A stretch of DNA of 64,000 nt. Origin: a virus (lineage: Duplodnaviria > Heunggongvirae > Uroviricota > Caudoviricetes). The DNA is taken from the IMG/VR virus record IMGVR_UViG_2703718774_000012, one strand, 5' to 3'. Below, one piece after another: positions 32,139-41,661 of this stretch. Made by a program: the position numbers and the translations under genes. The first letter of the stretch is position 1, and every line of letters begins with the position of its first letter. The notes under the pieces are model-generated. The model saw only the letters and a list, made by a program, of their open reading frames with translations. It searched no databases and had not been told where the DNA came from.

Positions 32139-32278
32139 GTGCCTTTCTTGTAACTCTCAATCGTGCAAAATGAACAAAACATGCAGAGAATGCCATGTAC
32201 AAGCATCTACGCATACATTATTATTTTATGCAGCATTTTTAATTAAATTCAAAAATACAGCATAAAGGATGACTTTCG

Positions 32279-33475
32279 ATGAGTGATTCCAGCCAGCTTC
32301 ACAAGGTTGCTCAAAGAGCAAACAGAATGCTCAATGTTCTGACTGAACAAGTACAGTTGCAAAAGGATGAGCTACACGCGAACGAGTTTTACCAGGTCTA
32401 TGCGAAAGCGGCACTGGCAAAATTGCCTCTACTGACTCGAGCGAACGTTGACTATGCCGTAAGTGAAATGGAAGAAAAGGGTTATGTTTTCGATAAACGC
32501 CCTGCTGGCTCTTCAATGAAATATGCGATGTCAATTCAGAACATCATTGACATATATGAACATCGCGGAGTGCCAAAATACCGGGATCGCTACAGCGAAG
32601 CGTATGTGATTTTCATCTCCAATCTTAAAGGCGGTGTGTCAAAAACTGTATCGACGGTTTCTCTGGCGCATGCAATGCGTGCTCACCCTCATCTTCTGAT
32701 GGAAGATTTAAGGATTCTGGTTATTGACCTTGATCCGCAATCTTCAGCAACGATGTTTTTAAGCCATAAACACTCTATTGGTATCGTAAACGCAACATCT
32801 GCACAGGCTATGTTGCAGAATGTAAGCCGTGAAGAGCTGTTAGAGGAGTTTATTGTTCCTTCTGTTGTACCTGGGGTTGACGTTATGCCTGCGTCGATTG
32901 ACGATGCCTTTATTGCATCCGATTGGAGAGAGCTGTGCAATGAGCATCTACCGGGTCAGAACATCCATGCTGTCCTGAAAGAAAATGTGATTGATAAGCT
33001 GAAGAGCGATTATGACTTTATCCTCGTTGATAGTGGTCCTCACCTTGACGCCTTCCTGAAAAATGCTTTGGCCTCGGCCAATATACTGTTTACACCTCTG
33101 CCGCCAGCAACTGTCGATTTCCACTCATCGCTTAAATACGTTGCCCGCCTTCCTGAGTTGGTGAAACTCATTTCGGATGAAGGCTGCGAGTGCCAGCTTG
33201 CGACTAACATTGGTTTTATGTCCAAGTTGAGTAACAAGGCAGATCATAAGTATTGCCATAGCCTGGCTAAAGAAGTGTTCGGTGGGGATATGCTCGATGT
33301 CGTCCTCCCTCGCCTTGACGGTTTTGAACGTTGCGGCGAGTCTTTTGACACTGTTATTTCAGCTAACCCGGCAACGTATGTTGGTAGTGCTGATGCATTG
33401 AAGAACGCGCGAATTGCCGCGGAAGATTTTGCTAAAGCAGTTTTTGACCGTATTGAATTTATCAGATCTAACTGA
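32279..33475 (+). CDS. parA: plasmid partition ATPase ParA (type Ia, SopA/P1 ParA-like)
   Basis: Deviant Walker A NLKGGVSKT, long N-terminal HTH-type extension, 398 aa; followed by parB. Confidence 0.85.
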   Translation: MSDSSQLHKVAQRANRMLNVLTEQVQLQKDELHANEFYQVYAKAALAKLPLLTRANVDYAVSEMEEKGYVFDKRPAGSSMKYAMSIQNIIDIYEHRGVPKYRDRYSEAYVIFISNLKGGVSKTVSTVSLAHAMRAHPHLLMEDLRILVIDLDPQSSATMFLSHKHSIGIVNATSAQAMLQNVSREELLEEFIVPSVVPGVDVMPASIDDAFIASDWRELCNEHLPGQNIHAVLKENVIDKLKSDYDFILVDSGPHLDAFLKNALASANILFTPLPPATVDFHSSLKYVARLPELVKLISDEGCECQLATNIGFMSKLSNKADHKYCHSLAKEVFGGDMLDVVLPRLDGFERCGESFDTVISANPATYVGSADALKNARIAAEDFAKAVFDRIEFIRSN

Positions 33476-33491
33476 GGAGTAAGAAACCCCC

Positions 33492-34493
33492 ATGTCAAAG
33501 AAAAACAGACCAACAATTGGGCGAACCCTTAATCCTTCAATATTAAGCGGATTTGATAGTTCTTCAGCCTCTGGCGATCGAGTCGAGCAGGTATTCAAGT
33601 TATCAACTGGTCGCCAGGCCACATTTATTGAAGAGGTAATACCTCCGAACCAGGTAGAAAGCGATACCTTTGTTGATCAGCATAACAACGGGCGTGACCA
33701 GGCATCTCTTACGCCAAAATCATTAAAAAGTATCCGAAGCACTATTAAGCATCAGCAATTTTACCCTGCAATAGGTGTTAGACGGGGTACAGGGAAAATT
33801 GAAATTTTGGATGGTTCCCGGCGTCGAGCTTCTGCCATCTTAGAGAACGTAGGGTTGCGGGTTTTAGTCACGGACCAGGAGATCAGCGTTCAGGAAGCGC
33901 AAAATTTAGCGAAAGACGTTCAGACAGCATTGCAGCACAGCATTCGAGAAATAGGTCTGCGTTTGATGCGAATGAAAAATGATGGGATGAGTCAGAAGGA
34001 TATTGCAGCCAAAGAAGGGCTGTCTCAGGCTAAGGTCACGCGTGCTCTCCAGGCAGCGAGTGCTCCGGAAGAATTAGTCGCCCTTTTCCCTGTGCAGTCG
34101 GAATTAACCTTTTCGGACTACAAAACGCTTTGTGCTGTTGGCGACGAAATGGGGAACAAGAATTTAGAGTTTGATCAGCTTATTCAAAACATATCCCCGG
34201 AAATAAACGACATCTTATCCATTGAAGAAATGGCCGAAGATGAAGTTAAAAATAAAATCCTGCGCTTGATAACAAAGGAAGCCTCACTACTCACGGATAA
34301 AGGTTCTAAAGATAAGTCCGTAGTTACTGAATTATGGAAATTTGAGGACAAGGATCGCTTTGCAAGGAAGCGCGTGAAAGGCCGTGCATTTTCTTATGAG
34401 TTTAATCGACTTTCAAAAGAGCTACAGGAAGAACTCGACAGGATGATTGGGCATATCCTTAGAAAGAGCCTCGATAAAAAGCCGAAGCCTTAA
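33492..34493 (+). CDS. parB: partition protein ParB (centromere-binding)
   Basis: ParB-box-like GVRRGTGKIEILDGSRR; HTH region; 333 aa; 16-nt gap after parA. Confidence 0.8.
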   Translation: MSKKNRPTIGRTLNPSILSGFDSSSASGDRVEQVFKLSTGRQATFIEEVIPPNQVESDTFVDQHNNGRDQASLTPKSLKSIRSTIKHQQFYPAIGVRRGTGKIEILDGSRRRASAILENVGLRVLVTDQEISVQEAQNLAKDVQTALQHSIREIGLRLMRMKNDGMSQKDIAAKEGLSQAKVTRALQAASAPEELVALFPVQSELTFSDYKTLCAVGDEMGNKNLEFDQLIQNISPEINDILSIEEMAEDEVKNKILRLITKEASLLTDKGSKDKSVVTELWKFEDKDRFARKRVKGRAFSYEFNRLSKELQEELDRMIGHILRKSLDKKPKP

Positions 34494-34497
34494 ACTT

Positions 34498-34582
34498 TCG
34501 CCATTCAAATTTCACTATTAACCTACTGTTTTTAAAGTAAATCCATCTAAAATTTCAAGGTGAAATCGCCACGATTTCACCT
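34498..34582 (+). promoter_or_regulatory. parS centromere-like site (heptamer ATTTCAC and hexamer TCGCCA boxes around an AT-rich IHF-like spacer)
   Basis: tcgccattcaaATTTCACtatt...tttttaaagtaaatc...TGAAATcgccacgATTTCACc immediately downstream of parB. Confidence 0.6.
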
Positions 34583-34717
34583 TGGATTTTACCTTCCTCC
34601 CCTACTCCCGAAAAAATAAAAAAATTGCTTGTCACGAGAAAGTCAACAAGTGACTTTCAATAAAATCTCTTCCGAAAAGGGATTCACACAAGTGCCTTGT
34701 GTTTAAGGAAGAGTAAA

Positions 34718-36424
34718 TTGAGTAACTTACGCGAATACCAGAATCGTATTGCAGATATCGCAAAACGCTCTAAAGCTGTGCTTGGCTGGGCAAGCACTGC
34801 GCAGTTCGGTACTGATAACCAATTCATTAAAGATGATGCCGCGCGTGCCGCATCTATCCTTGAAGCTGCACGTAAAGACCCGGTTTTTGCGGGTATCTCT
34901 GATAATGCCACCGCTCAAATCGCTACAGCGTGGGCAAGTGCACTGGCTGACTACGCCGCAGCACATAAATCTATGCCGCGTCCGGAAATTCTGGCCTCCT
35001 GCCACCAGACGCTGGAAAACTGCCTGATTGAGTCCACCCGCAATAGCATGGATGCCACTAATAAAGCGATGCTGGAATCCGTCGCAGCAGAGATGATGAG
35101 CGTTTCTGACGGTGTTATGCGTCTGCCTTTATTCCTCGCGATGATCCTGCCTGTTCAGTTGGGGGCAGCTACCGCTGATGCGTGTACCTTCATTCCGGTT
35201 ACGCGTGACCAGTCCGACATCTATGAAGTCTTTAACGTGGCAGGTTCCTCTTTTGGTTCTTATGCTGCTGGTGATGTTCTGGACATGCAATCCGTTGGTG
35301 TGTACAGCCAGTTACGTCGCCGCTATGTGCTGGTGGCAAGCTCCGATGGCACCAGCAAAACCGCAACCTTCAAGATGGAAGACTTCGAAGGCCAGAATGT
35401 ACCAATCCGAAAAGGTCGCACTAACATCTACGTTAACCGTATTAAGTCTGTTGTTGATAACGGTTCCGGCAGCCTACTTCACTCGTTTACTAATGCTGCT
35501 GGTGAGCAAATCACTGTTACCTGCTCTCTGAACTACAACATTGGTCAGATTGCCCTGTCGTTCTCCAAAGCGCCGGATAAAGGCACTGAGATCGCAATTG
35601 AGACGGAAATCAATATTGAAGCCGCACCTGAGCTGATCCCGCTGATCAACCACGAAATGAAGAAATACACCCTGTTCCCAAGTCAGTTCGTTATCGCGGC
35701 TGAGCACACGGTACAGGCGGCGTATGAAGCACAGCGTGAATTTGGTCTGGACCTGGGTTCCCTACAGTTCCGCACCCTGAAGGAATACCTGTCTCATGAA
35801 CAGGATATGCTGCGTCTTCGCATCATGATCTGGCGTACTCTTGCGACCGACACCTTTGACATCGCTCTGCCGGTTAACCAGTCCTTTAATGTATGGGCAA
35901 CCATCATTCGTGGCAAATTCCAGACTGTATATCGCGACATTATTGAGCGCGTTAAATCTTCTGGTGCGATGGGGATGTTTGCTGGTGCTGATGCAGCATC
36001 TTTCTTCAAACAGTTGCCGAAGGATTTCTTCCAGCCAGCCGAAGACTATATCCAGACTCCGTATGTTCACTACATCGGTACCCTGTTCGGTAACGTGAAA
36101 GTGTACGAAGTACCTGCTGGTATTTGTAAGAACTTAACGACAGAGAACATTCAGTTCAGCTCGATGGATGTGCTGTGCTACGTCCGTGATGAAAATCCGG
36201 GTAAAGCAGGCTTCGTGACTGGTGATGCTGTCCCGGCTATCCCGTTCCAGCATCCGACCACTCCGGCGCTGGTCAACCGTACCACACTGTGGGGTTCGGC
36301 TATCAACGATATGCACCCACGCAACGGCGCTGATTACTTCACTCGTGTAACGCTGACAATGGCCAAAAAAGGCGGGCTTAACTTCATAAGCGGCGACACG
36401 ATTGATGCCGGTGACTCTGAGTAA
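34718..36424 (+). CDS. large virion structural protein, candidate major head protein precursor
   Basis: Start placed at TTG with AAGGAAGAG RBS (track start 34697); ~62 kDa; first gene of sheath/tube operon; assignment by size and context. Confidence 0.35.
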   Translation: MSNLREYQNRIADIAKRSKAVLGWASTAQFGTDNQFIKDDAARAASILEAARKDPVFAGISDNATAQIATAWASALADYAAAHKSMPRPEILASCHQTLENCLIESTRNSMDATNKAMLESVAAEMMSVSDGVMRLPLFLAMILPVQLGAATADACTFIPVTRDQSDIYEVFNVAGSSFGSYAAGDVLDMQSVGVYSQLRRRYVLVASSDGTSKTATFKMEDFEGQNVPIRKGRTNIYVNRIKSVVDNGSGSLLHSFTNAAGEQITVTCSLNYNIGQIALSFSKAPDKGTEIAIETEINIEAAPELIPLINHEMKKYTLFPSQFVIAAEHTVQAAYEAQREFGLDLGSLQFRTLKEYLSHEQDMLRLRIMIWRTLATDTFDIALPVNQSFNVWATIIRGKFQTVYRDIIERVKSSGAMGMFAGADAASFFKQLPKDFFQPAEDYIQTPYVHYIGTLFGNVKVYEVPAGICKNLTTENIQFSSMDVLCYVRDENPGKAGFVTGDAVPAIPFQHPTTPALVNRTTLWGSAINDMHPRNGADYFTRVTLTMAKKGGLNFISGDTIDAGDSE

Positions 36425-36484
36425 TCAGGGGAAGTTCTCCGTTTAACATAGCGCCCCCGTGCGGGGCGCATAACAGGGAAAGTT

Positions 36485-38074
36485 ATGTCTCAATATTCAA
36501 TTCAACAGTCATTAGGTAATGCATCCGGCGTCGCGGTTAGCCCGATCAATGCCGATGCGACGTTATCTACCGGTGTTGCATTAAATAGCAGCTTGTGGGC
36601 TGGTATTGGCGTATTTGCGCGTGGCAAGCCGTTTACTGTTCTTGCGGTTACTGAGTCCAATTACAAAGATGTTCTCGGCGAACCGCTGAAGCCGTCTTCC
36701 GGCTCACAGTTCGAACCAATTCGCCATGTATACGAAGCTATTCAGCAAACGTCAGGTTATGTTGTTCGTGCTGTTCCGGATGATGCGAAGTTCCCGATTA
36801 TTATGTTCGATGAATCAGGCGAACCGGCTTACAGTGCGTTGCCATACGGTTCTGAAATTGAACTTGATAGTGGCGAAGCCTTTGCTATCTACGTTGATGA
36901 TGGTGATCCGTGTATTTCACCTACCCGTGAGTTAACCATCGAAACGGCAACAGCGGACAGCGCGGGTAATGAACGCTTCCTCTTAAAACTGACCCAGACG
37001 ACTTCGCTCGGCGTGGTAACGACCCTGGAGACACACACTGTGTCTTTGGCGGAAGAAGCGAAAGATGACATGGGCCGCTTGTGTTATCTGCCTACGGCTC
37101 TGGAAGCCCGTTCTAAATATCTGCGCGCGGTTGTTAATGAAGAGCTGATTTCGACGGCGAAAGTAACAAATAAAAAATCGCTGGCGTTCACTGGTGGTAC
37201 CAACGGTGATCAGTCGAAAATCTCAACCGCTGCGTACCTGCGTGCGGTTAAGGTGCTGAACAATGCGCCGTACATGTACACCGCTGTTCTCGGCCTGGGT
37301 TGCTATGACAATGCGGCGATCACCGCGTTAGGTAATATCTGTTCTGATCGCCTGATTGATGGCTTCTTTGATGTCAAACCGACATTGACGTATACGGAAG
37401 CGCTCTCTGCTGTTGAAGATACCGGTTTACTTGGTACCGATTATGTAAGCTGTGCTGTCTATCACTACCCGTTCTCCTGCAAAGACAAATGGACCCAATC
37501 CCGTGTGGTCTTTGGTCTGTCTGGCGTGGCGTATGCGGCGAAAGCTCGTGGCGTCAAGAAAAACTCTGATGTCGGCGGTTGGCATTACTCACCGGCTGGT
37601 GAAGAACGTGCCGTCATTGCTCGTGCGTCAATTCAACCGCTGTATCCGGAAGATACCCCGGACGAAGAAGCAATGGTCAAGGGCCGTCTCAATAAAGTAT
37701 CTGTTGGCACCTCTGGCCAGATGATCATCGACGATGCTTTAACTTGCTGCACGCAGGATAACTATCTGCACTTCCAGCACGTCCCATCCCTGATGAATGC
37801 AATCAGCCGTTTCTTTGTCCAGTTAGCCCGACAGATGAAGCATAGCCCGGACGGTATTACTGCGGCTGGCCTGACTAAAGGGATGACCAAACTTTTAGAT
37901 CGCTTTGTCGCCTCCGGCGCTCTGGTGGCTCCTCGTGATCCTGATGCTGACGGTACAGAACCGTATGTGCTGAAAGTTACGCAGGCGGAATTCGATAAAT
38001 GGGAAGTAGTCTGGGCCTGCTGCCCGACTGGCGTAGCCCGTCGTATCCAGGGCGTACCGCTGCTTATTAAGTAA
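36485..38074 (+). CDS. putative contractile tail sheath protein
   Basis: 529 aa; N-terminal region (GIGVFARGKPFTVLAVTESNYKDVLG) resembles sheath-protein N-termini; followed by tube-sized genes. Confidence 0.5.
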   Translation: MSQYSIQQSLGNASGVAVSPINADATLSTGVALNSSLWAGIGVFARGKPFTVLAVTESNYKDVLGEPLKPSSGSQFEPIRHVYEAIQQTSGYVVRAVPDDAKFPIIMFDESGEPAYSALPYGSEIELDSGEAFAIYVDDGDPCISPTRELTIETATADSAGNERFLLKLTQTTSLGVVTTLETHTVSLAEEAKDDMGRLCYLPTALEARSKYLRAVVNEELISTAKVTNKKSLAFTGGTNGDQSKISTAAYLRAVKVLNNAPYMYTAVLGLGCYDNAAITALGNICSDRLIDGFFDVKPTLTYTEALSAVEDTGLLGTDYVSCAVYHYPFSCKDKWTQSRVVFGLSGVAYAAKARGVKKNSDVGGWHYSPAGEERAVIARASIQPLYPEDTPDEEAMVKGRLNKVSVGTSGQMIIDDALTCCTQDNYLHFQHVPSLMNAISRFFVQLARQMKHSPDGITAAGLTKGMTKLLDRFVASGALVAPRDPDADGTEPYVLKVTQAEFDKWEVVWACCPTGVARRIQGVPLLIK

Positions 38075-38083
38075 GGGAATACA

Positions 38084-38899
38084 ATGAGCAAAAACTTTTT
38101 TCAATCCGGGGCATTTTTGGGGAATGGACTGTCTCGTTTCGCTTTGAACTCTGATCCTGTGCAGCTGATGGAGTCTGCCCGAGCAAGCGCCGAACAGCCA
38201 ACAGATCCGGTTATTAATAATAATCCGGAACCGGCGGCACAGACTAACGATAACGTTCCATCTGCCCCGGCTCCTGAGCAAATCCTGGAAGGGAAAGACG
38301 GTAAAGAATGGACCGTCGAACAGGCGCACCAGATGATTCTGGAAGCTGCAAATAGAAGTGCTATGCAGAATGCGTTGAGTGATGCGGCCGACGCCGTTTT
38401 CGCCTGGGCTGATAGCGGTGATCTGACTTTCGACTCCCTTGATGGTTTCGTTCAGGCTATCGCTGGTATCTCTGATGACGACGACTCCGAAGTTACAGAA
38501 GAACAGGACGATGCCTATAACGAAGCATGGGCAAATGTTGCTGACTTCCTCGCAGCATGCGGTGTAGATGATGACCTGATCGAAGCACTGGCTGACGATG
38601 AAGACGACGACGCAGCTGCTGATGTTGGTGCCTCTATCGCTGGTTTAGATAGCGACGACCGTGACGAACTGGAAGCGGCGTTTGTTGTTGCTGGCACTTC
38701 TGATGAAATGCTGACTGAAGCATTTAAGAAGGTTGTTCGTAACGGTGAGATCAAACTCATCCGTAAACGCCTGCGTAAAAAACGTCTGACTGCGGCTCAA
38801 AAATCGGCGCTGAAAAAAGCGCGTCGAAAAGCCCAGACGGGTGCGGCAAAACTTGCCCGCAAAAAGTCAATGAAACTGCGCCGTAAGCGCCTTGGCTAA
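38084..38899 (+). CDS. hypothetical virion protein with acidic core and highly basic C-terminus
   Basis: ORF track; D/E-rich centre, C-terminal KLIRKRLRKKRL...KLRRKRLG. Confidence 0.5.
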   Translation: MSKNFFQSGAFLGNGLSRFALNSDPVQLMESARASAEQPTDPVINNNPEPAAQTNDNVPSAPAPEQILEGKDGKEWTVEQAHQMILEAANRSAMQNALSDAADAVFAWADSGDLTFDSLDGFVQAIAGISDDDDSEVTEEQDDAYNEAWANVADFLAACGVDDDLIEALADDEDDDAAADVGASIAGLDSDDRDELEAAFVVAGTSDEMLTEAFKKVVRNGEIKLIRKRLRKKRLTAAQKSALKKARRKAQTGAAKLARKKSMKLRRKRLG

Positions 38900-38934
38900 A
38901 GGAGGAGGCCGGAGAACTCCGGCCTTTAACTTGA

Positions 38935-39516
38935 ATGGCACCTATACCTTATGGGGTTTACAGCCAGGCTGACGGTGTATCGCCATTTCTGAAAGTTACT
39001 TTAACGAACTCTCAGTACCAGGTTACCGGATATATCAGCCAGGGGGCAGCAATGAACATGGCCCAGAATTGGGAAGCGCCGTTTACCGGTATGTCCATGG
39101 GGTCTGTTGCTGGTGCCTTCAGTGGTTTTGCGCAGGTTGGTACTGAAACAACGTCGGTGGCCCGTTGGAACAGCTTAATGGTTTGGGAGGGGGGAACACC
39201 GCCAACTTTCACGCTGCCAGTAACTTTCATCGCTTTGTTTGATCCATTCACGGAGGTTTCAGGCGCTATCGCCGCATTGTCAGCGATGATTAGCCCGGAA
39301 CTTAAAGATGCCAGTATTGGTGGTCGAATCCCGGAGCGTGTGACGCTAAACATTGGTCGCCAGATCAACATCATTGATGTCGCTATCCAGGACATAAGTT
39401 TCGATCTCGATGCGCCCAGGGACAGCAATGGGCATTTCCTGAAAAACACAGTCAACCTCCAGTTGACCGGTTCTTCGATATATAACAGCTCCGATATTGT
39501 TCGGGCGTTCCAGTAA
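38935..39516 (+). CDS. hypothetical structural protein (193 aa)
   Basis: ORF track; operon context. Confidence 0.5.
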   Translation: MAPIPYGVYSQADGVSPFLKVTLTNSQYQVTGYISQGAAMNMAQNWEAPFTGMSMGSVAGAFSGFAQVGTETTSVARWNSLMVWEGGTPPTFTLPVTFIALFDPFTEVSGAIAALSAMISPELKDASIGGRIPERVTLNIGRQINIIDVAIQDISFDLDAPRDSNGHFLKNTVNLQLTGSSIYNSSDIVRAFQ

Positions 39517-39527
39517 AAGGATTTTAT

Positions 39528-40037
39528 ATGGGGCACAATAACACTAAGGGAAACCGTAAATTTATTAAGGGCCGCTATACTGCCAACGCGGCCAAAGGCG
39601 AACGACTGGTATCTTCTGAATTCCAGCTCACTGTTGCAGGCCATGAAGATATCAGCGTACTGGTTCGCACGTCGCAAATTCCTGAAATGACCCGCGAGGA
39701 TGTGGAGGACTATGGTCCGAATGGTGTGAAGTTCAACCAGCACGGACCAATTCGAAACTCTGGGGAAATCCAGGTCCAGTGCGTGGAGACTATCGAAGGC
39801 GATATTCTTCAGTTCATCAAGGATCGCATTGCGGCGAAGGACTATGTTGATATCACGATGGCTGCTACCCCTGAATCCAAATCTTCCGGGGTTAACGCTG
39901 TGACAAAAGCTGCTACAACAATTGAAATGTTGGACTGCAAAATCTACAGTGATGCAATCGACTTTAGTACCGAAGATGTGACTGCCGCTGTGCGCCCGTC
40001 ACTTCGTATCGTCTACAACTGGATTGAGTGGGATTAA
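39528..40037 (+). CDS. putative tail tube protein
   Basis: 169 aa, follows sheath candidate; context-based. Confidence 0.4.
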   Translation: MGHNNTKGNRKFIKGRYTANAAKGERLVSSEFQLTVAGHEDISVLVRTSQIPEMTREDVEDYGPNGVKFNQHGPIRNSGEIQVQCVETIEGDILQFIKDRIAAKDYVDITMAATPESKSSGVNAVTKAATTIEMLDCKIYSDAIDFSTEDVTAAVRPSLRIVYNWIEWD

Positions 40038-40057
40038 TAGTAATCCCTTGTATTTTA

Positions 40058-40084
40058 AAGCTCCTTCGGGAGCTTTTTTATTTG
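40058..40084 (+). terminator. rho-independent terminator ending the sheath/tube operon
   Basis: aaAGCTCCttcgGGAGCTTTTTTATTT. Confidence 0.65.
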
Positions 40085-40153
40085 GAGAGGAAAGGGTGCA
40101 TTGAGGATACCTGACACACGAAGAGTGGCGGGGATCTCTCCCCGCCAGGTCTC

Positions 40154-40309
40154 TTACCTTTCAGATTCGTAGGCTGTGAAGACAGTGACCTCCGTCTGGC
40201 CGGTTCGGATTCGTACCTCGCAGAGGTCTTTCCTCGTTACCAGTGCCGTCACAATGACGGTTAAACAGATGACGATCAGAGCGATTAACATCGCTTTTTG
40301 CTGCTTCAT
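40154..40309 (-). CDS. hok: Hok/Gef-family type I toxin (51 aa)
   Basis: Translation MKQQKAMLIALIVICLTVIVTALVTRKDLCEVRIRTGQTEVTVFTAYESER nearly collinear with recalled Gef/Hok; not in ORF track (short). Confidence 0.8.
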   Translation of the reverse strand: MKQQKAMLIALIVICLTVIVTALVTRKDLCEVRIRTGQTEVTVFTAYESER

Positions 40310-40367
40310 AGCCTGCTTCTCCTTGACCTTTTGGTCGGTAAGAGGCTAATCTACGTATGCTAAGCAT
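40161..40367 (-). CDS. mok: mok-like overlapping reading frame (modulator of killing)
   Basis: 68-aa ORF overlapping hok out of frame; GAGG RBS upstream of its ATG. Confidence 0.5.
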   Translation of the reverse strand: MLSIRRLASYRPKGQGEAGYEAAKSDVNRSDRHLFNRHCDGTGNEERPLRGTNPNRPDGGHCLHSLRI

Positions 40368-40420
40368 AGATGTGGCCTCAGATTAATGTTAAGCGTCTTG
40401 CAGGACGCGTAATGTTATCT
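40355..40420 (+). ncRNA. candidate Sok-like antisense RNA complementary to mok leader
   Basis: Plus-strand TTGACC (40323-40328) / GCTAAT promoter-like elements facing into the mok translation-initiation region; ends not defined. Confidence 0.3.
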
Positions 40421-40490
40421 GGGGCTTTCTTCTATCTGCTTTTCGGGTAATGCCTGAAGCAGATAGCCTCAAGCACCCGCAACGATTGTA

Positions 40491-40817
40491 TCAATGTCTG
40501 GCTTTTTTTCTATAGAAATCACCTGGAAGGGTGAATATCCACATCAGAAGAAATGTTGCAGCAAACATGATCCCTAATGGCCAGACCGCGCCAAAGAAAA
40601 TCCATACTAAGATCTCCTCTGCTTGTTCTTTGCGGTCGATATCGACAAGCATTTTTCGGCTGATCATGTATACACAGAAGCCAATACAAACATATCCTGC
40701 AAAAGCGATCGCTAACTGTAAAAAATCAGATTGCATCTCCGACCTCAAACTGAAAACGCCAGGTGACTCCAGATTAGAGCAATCTATCACCCTCTGAATC
40801 CTGCCGGTATACCCCAT
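40491..40817 (-). CDS. small membrane protein (start uncertain; possibly 40736)
   Basis: ORF track; 2 TM helices; upstream part overlaps repL-like stop. Confidence 0.4.
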   Translation of the reverse strand: MGYTGRIQRVIDCSNLESPGVFSLRSEMQSDFLQLAIAFAGYVCIGFCVYMISRKMLVDIDRKEQAEEILVWIFFGAVWPLGIMFAATFLLMWIFTLPGDFYRKKARH

Positions 40818-41632
40818 TGTTCGTTATCTTTATTTTTGGCTAAAACCGCATTAAGAGCTTCGTTTACCGTCATGCAATGCGGCAGATTATCGAAGTTTGA
40901 TACCCCGCCAATATCAGGAGAACGCTTGTTCTTCAGGTAAGCATATTTCCGCGCTGCCGCCTCTACTTTCTGCTTGAACTCATGTTTTTGAGCGCGTTTT
41001 TTGGATAACCGCAGATTGTCAGCCTTTGCTTTTGCCTCAGCGATCCATGAAGTCAATTTTTTGAGTTTGGTCGTTCCGGCAGCGCCGGAAACTGATCTTT
41101 TTGTTTTTTTAAATTGTGACTTCTTATTCTTTATTGCCACGTCATCCTGACAGGGGGAGGGGGTATCATTTTGACATGGGGGTGTGGATAAAAAATTAAA
41201 TAAAGCCAATGTCTTAGCGAGAACAGCTTTAACCTTGGTTGCCGCTGAAGAGATCTTTAATTTGCTTTCAATCAGCGCATTTTTTGCTTGTTGTGCGAAG
41301 GCCAAAAAGGATGGTGTAAACCGGTACAGGTTAGCGCGACGTTCACGGTGATCGCCGATAACAATCTCTACTGACAGGATTCCTTTGTTTACAGCTTCAC
41401 GGAATGCACGAACGACGGTTGATTGGCTATAACCAGTTTCTGCCGCGATCAGGCGGTGAGGCTTGTGAATGAAGTATTCACTGGTTGTTGCCGCGAGATT
41501 TGCACATTGCGACAGGATATGCCCGGCGCTACGGGATAGACCGGAGTGTGTTACAAAGCAGGCCAATTCATAGCCAGAAAAAGTAAAATCGCTCATCGTT
41601 ATACAGCTCAGGAAAGTGACTTTAGCCAGCAT
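40787..41632 (-). CDS. repL: RepL-like lytic-replicon protein
   Basis: 281 aa directly downstream of kilA; assignment by size and gene order. Confidence 0.5.
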   Translation of the reverse strand: MLAKVTFLSCITMSDFTFSGYELACFVTHSGLSRSAGHILSQCANLAATTSEYFIHKPHRLIAAETGYSQSTVVRAFREAVNKGILSVEIVIGDHRERRANLYRFTPSFLAFAQQAKNALIESKLKISSAATKVKAVLAKTLALFNFLSTPPCQNDTPSPCQDDVAIKNKKSQFKKTKRSVSGAAGTTKLKKLTSWIAEAKAKADNLRLSKKRAQKHEFKQKVEAAARKYAYLKNKRSPDIGGVSNFDNLPHCMTVNEALNAVLAKNKDNEQWGIPAGFRG

Positions 41633-41661
41633 TACAATGCTGGTGGTTCTTACTACGTCTG

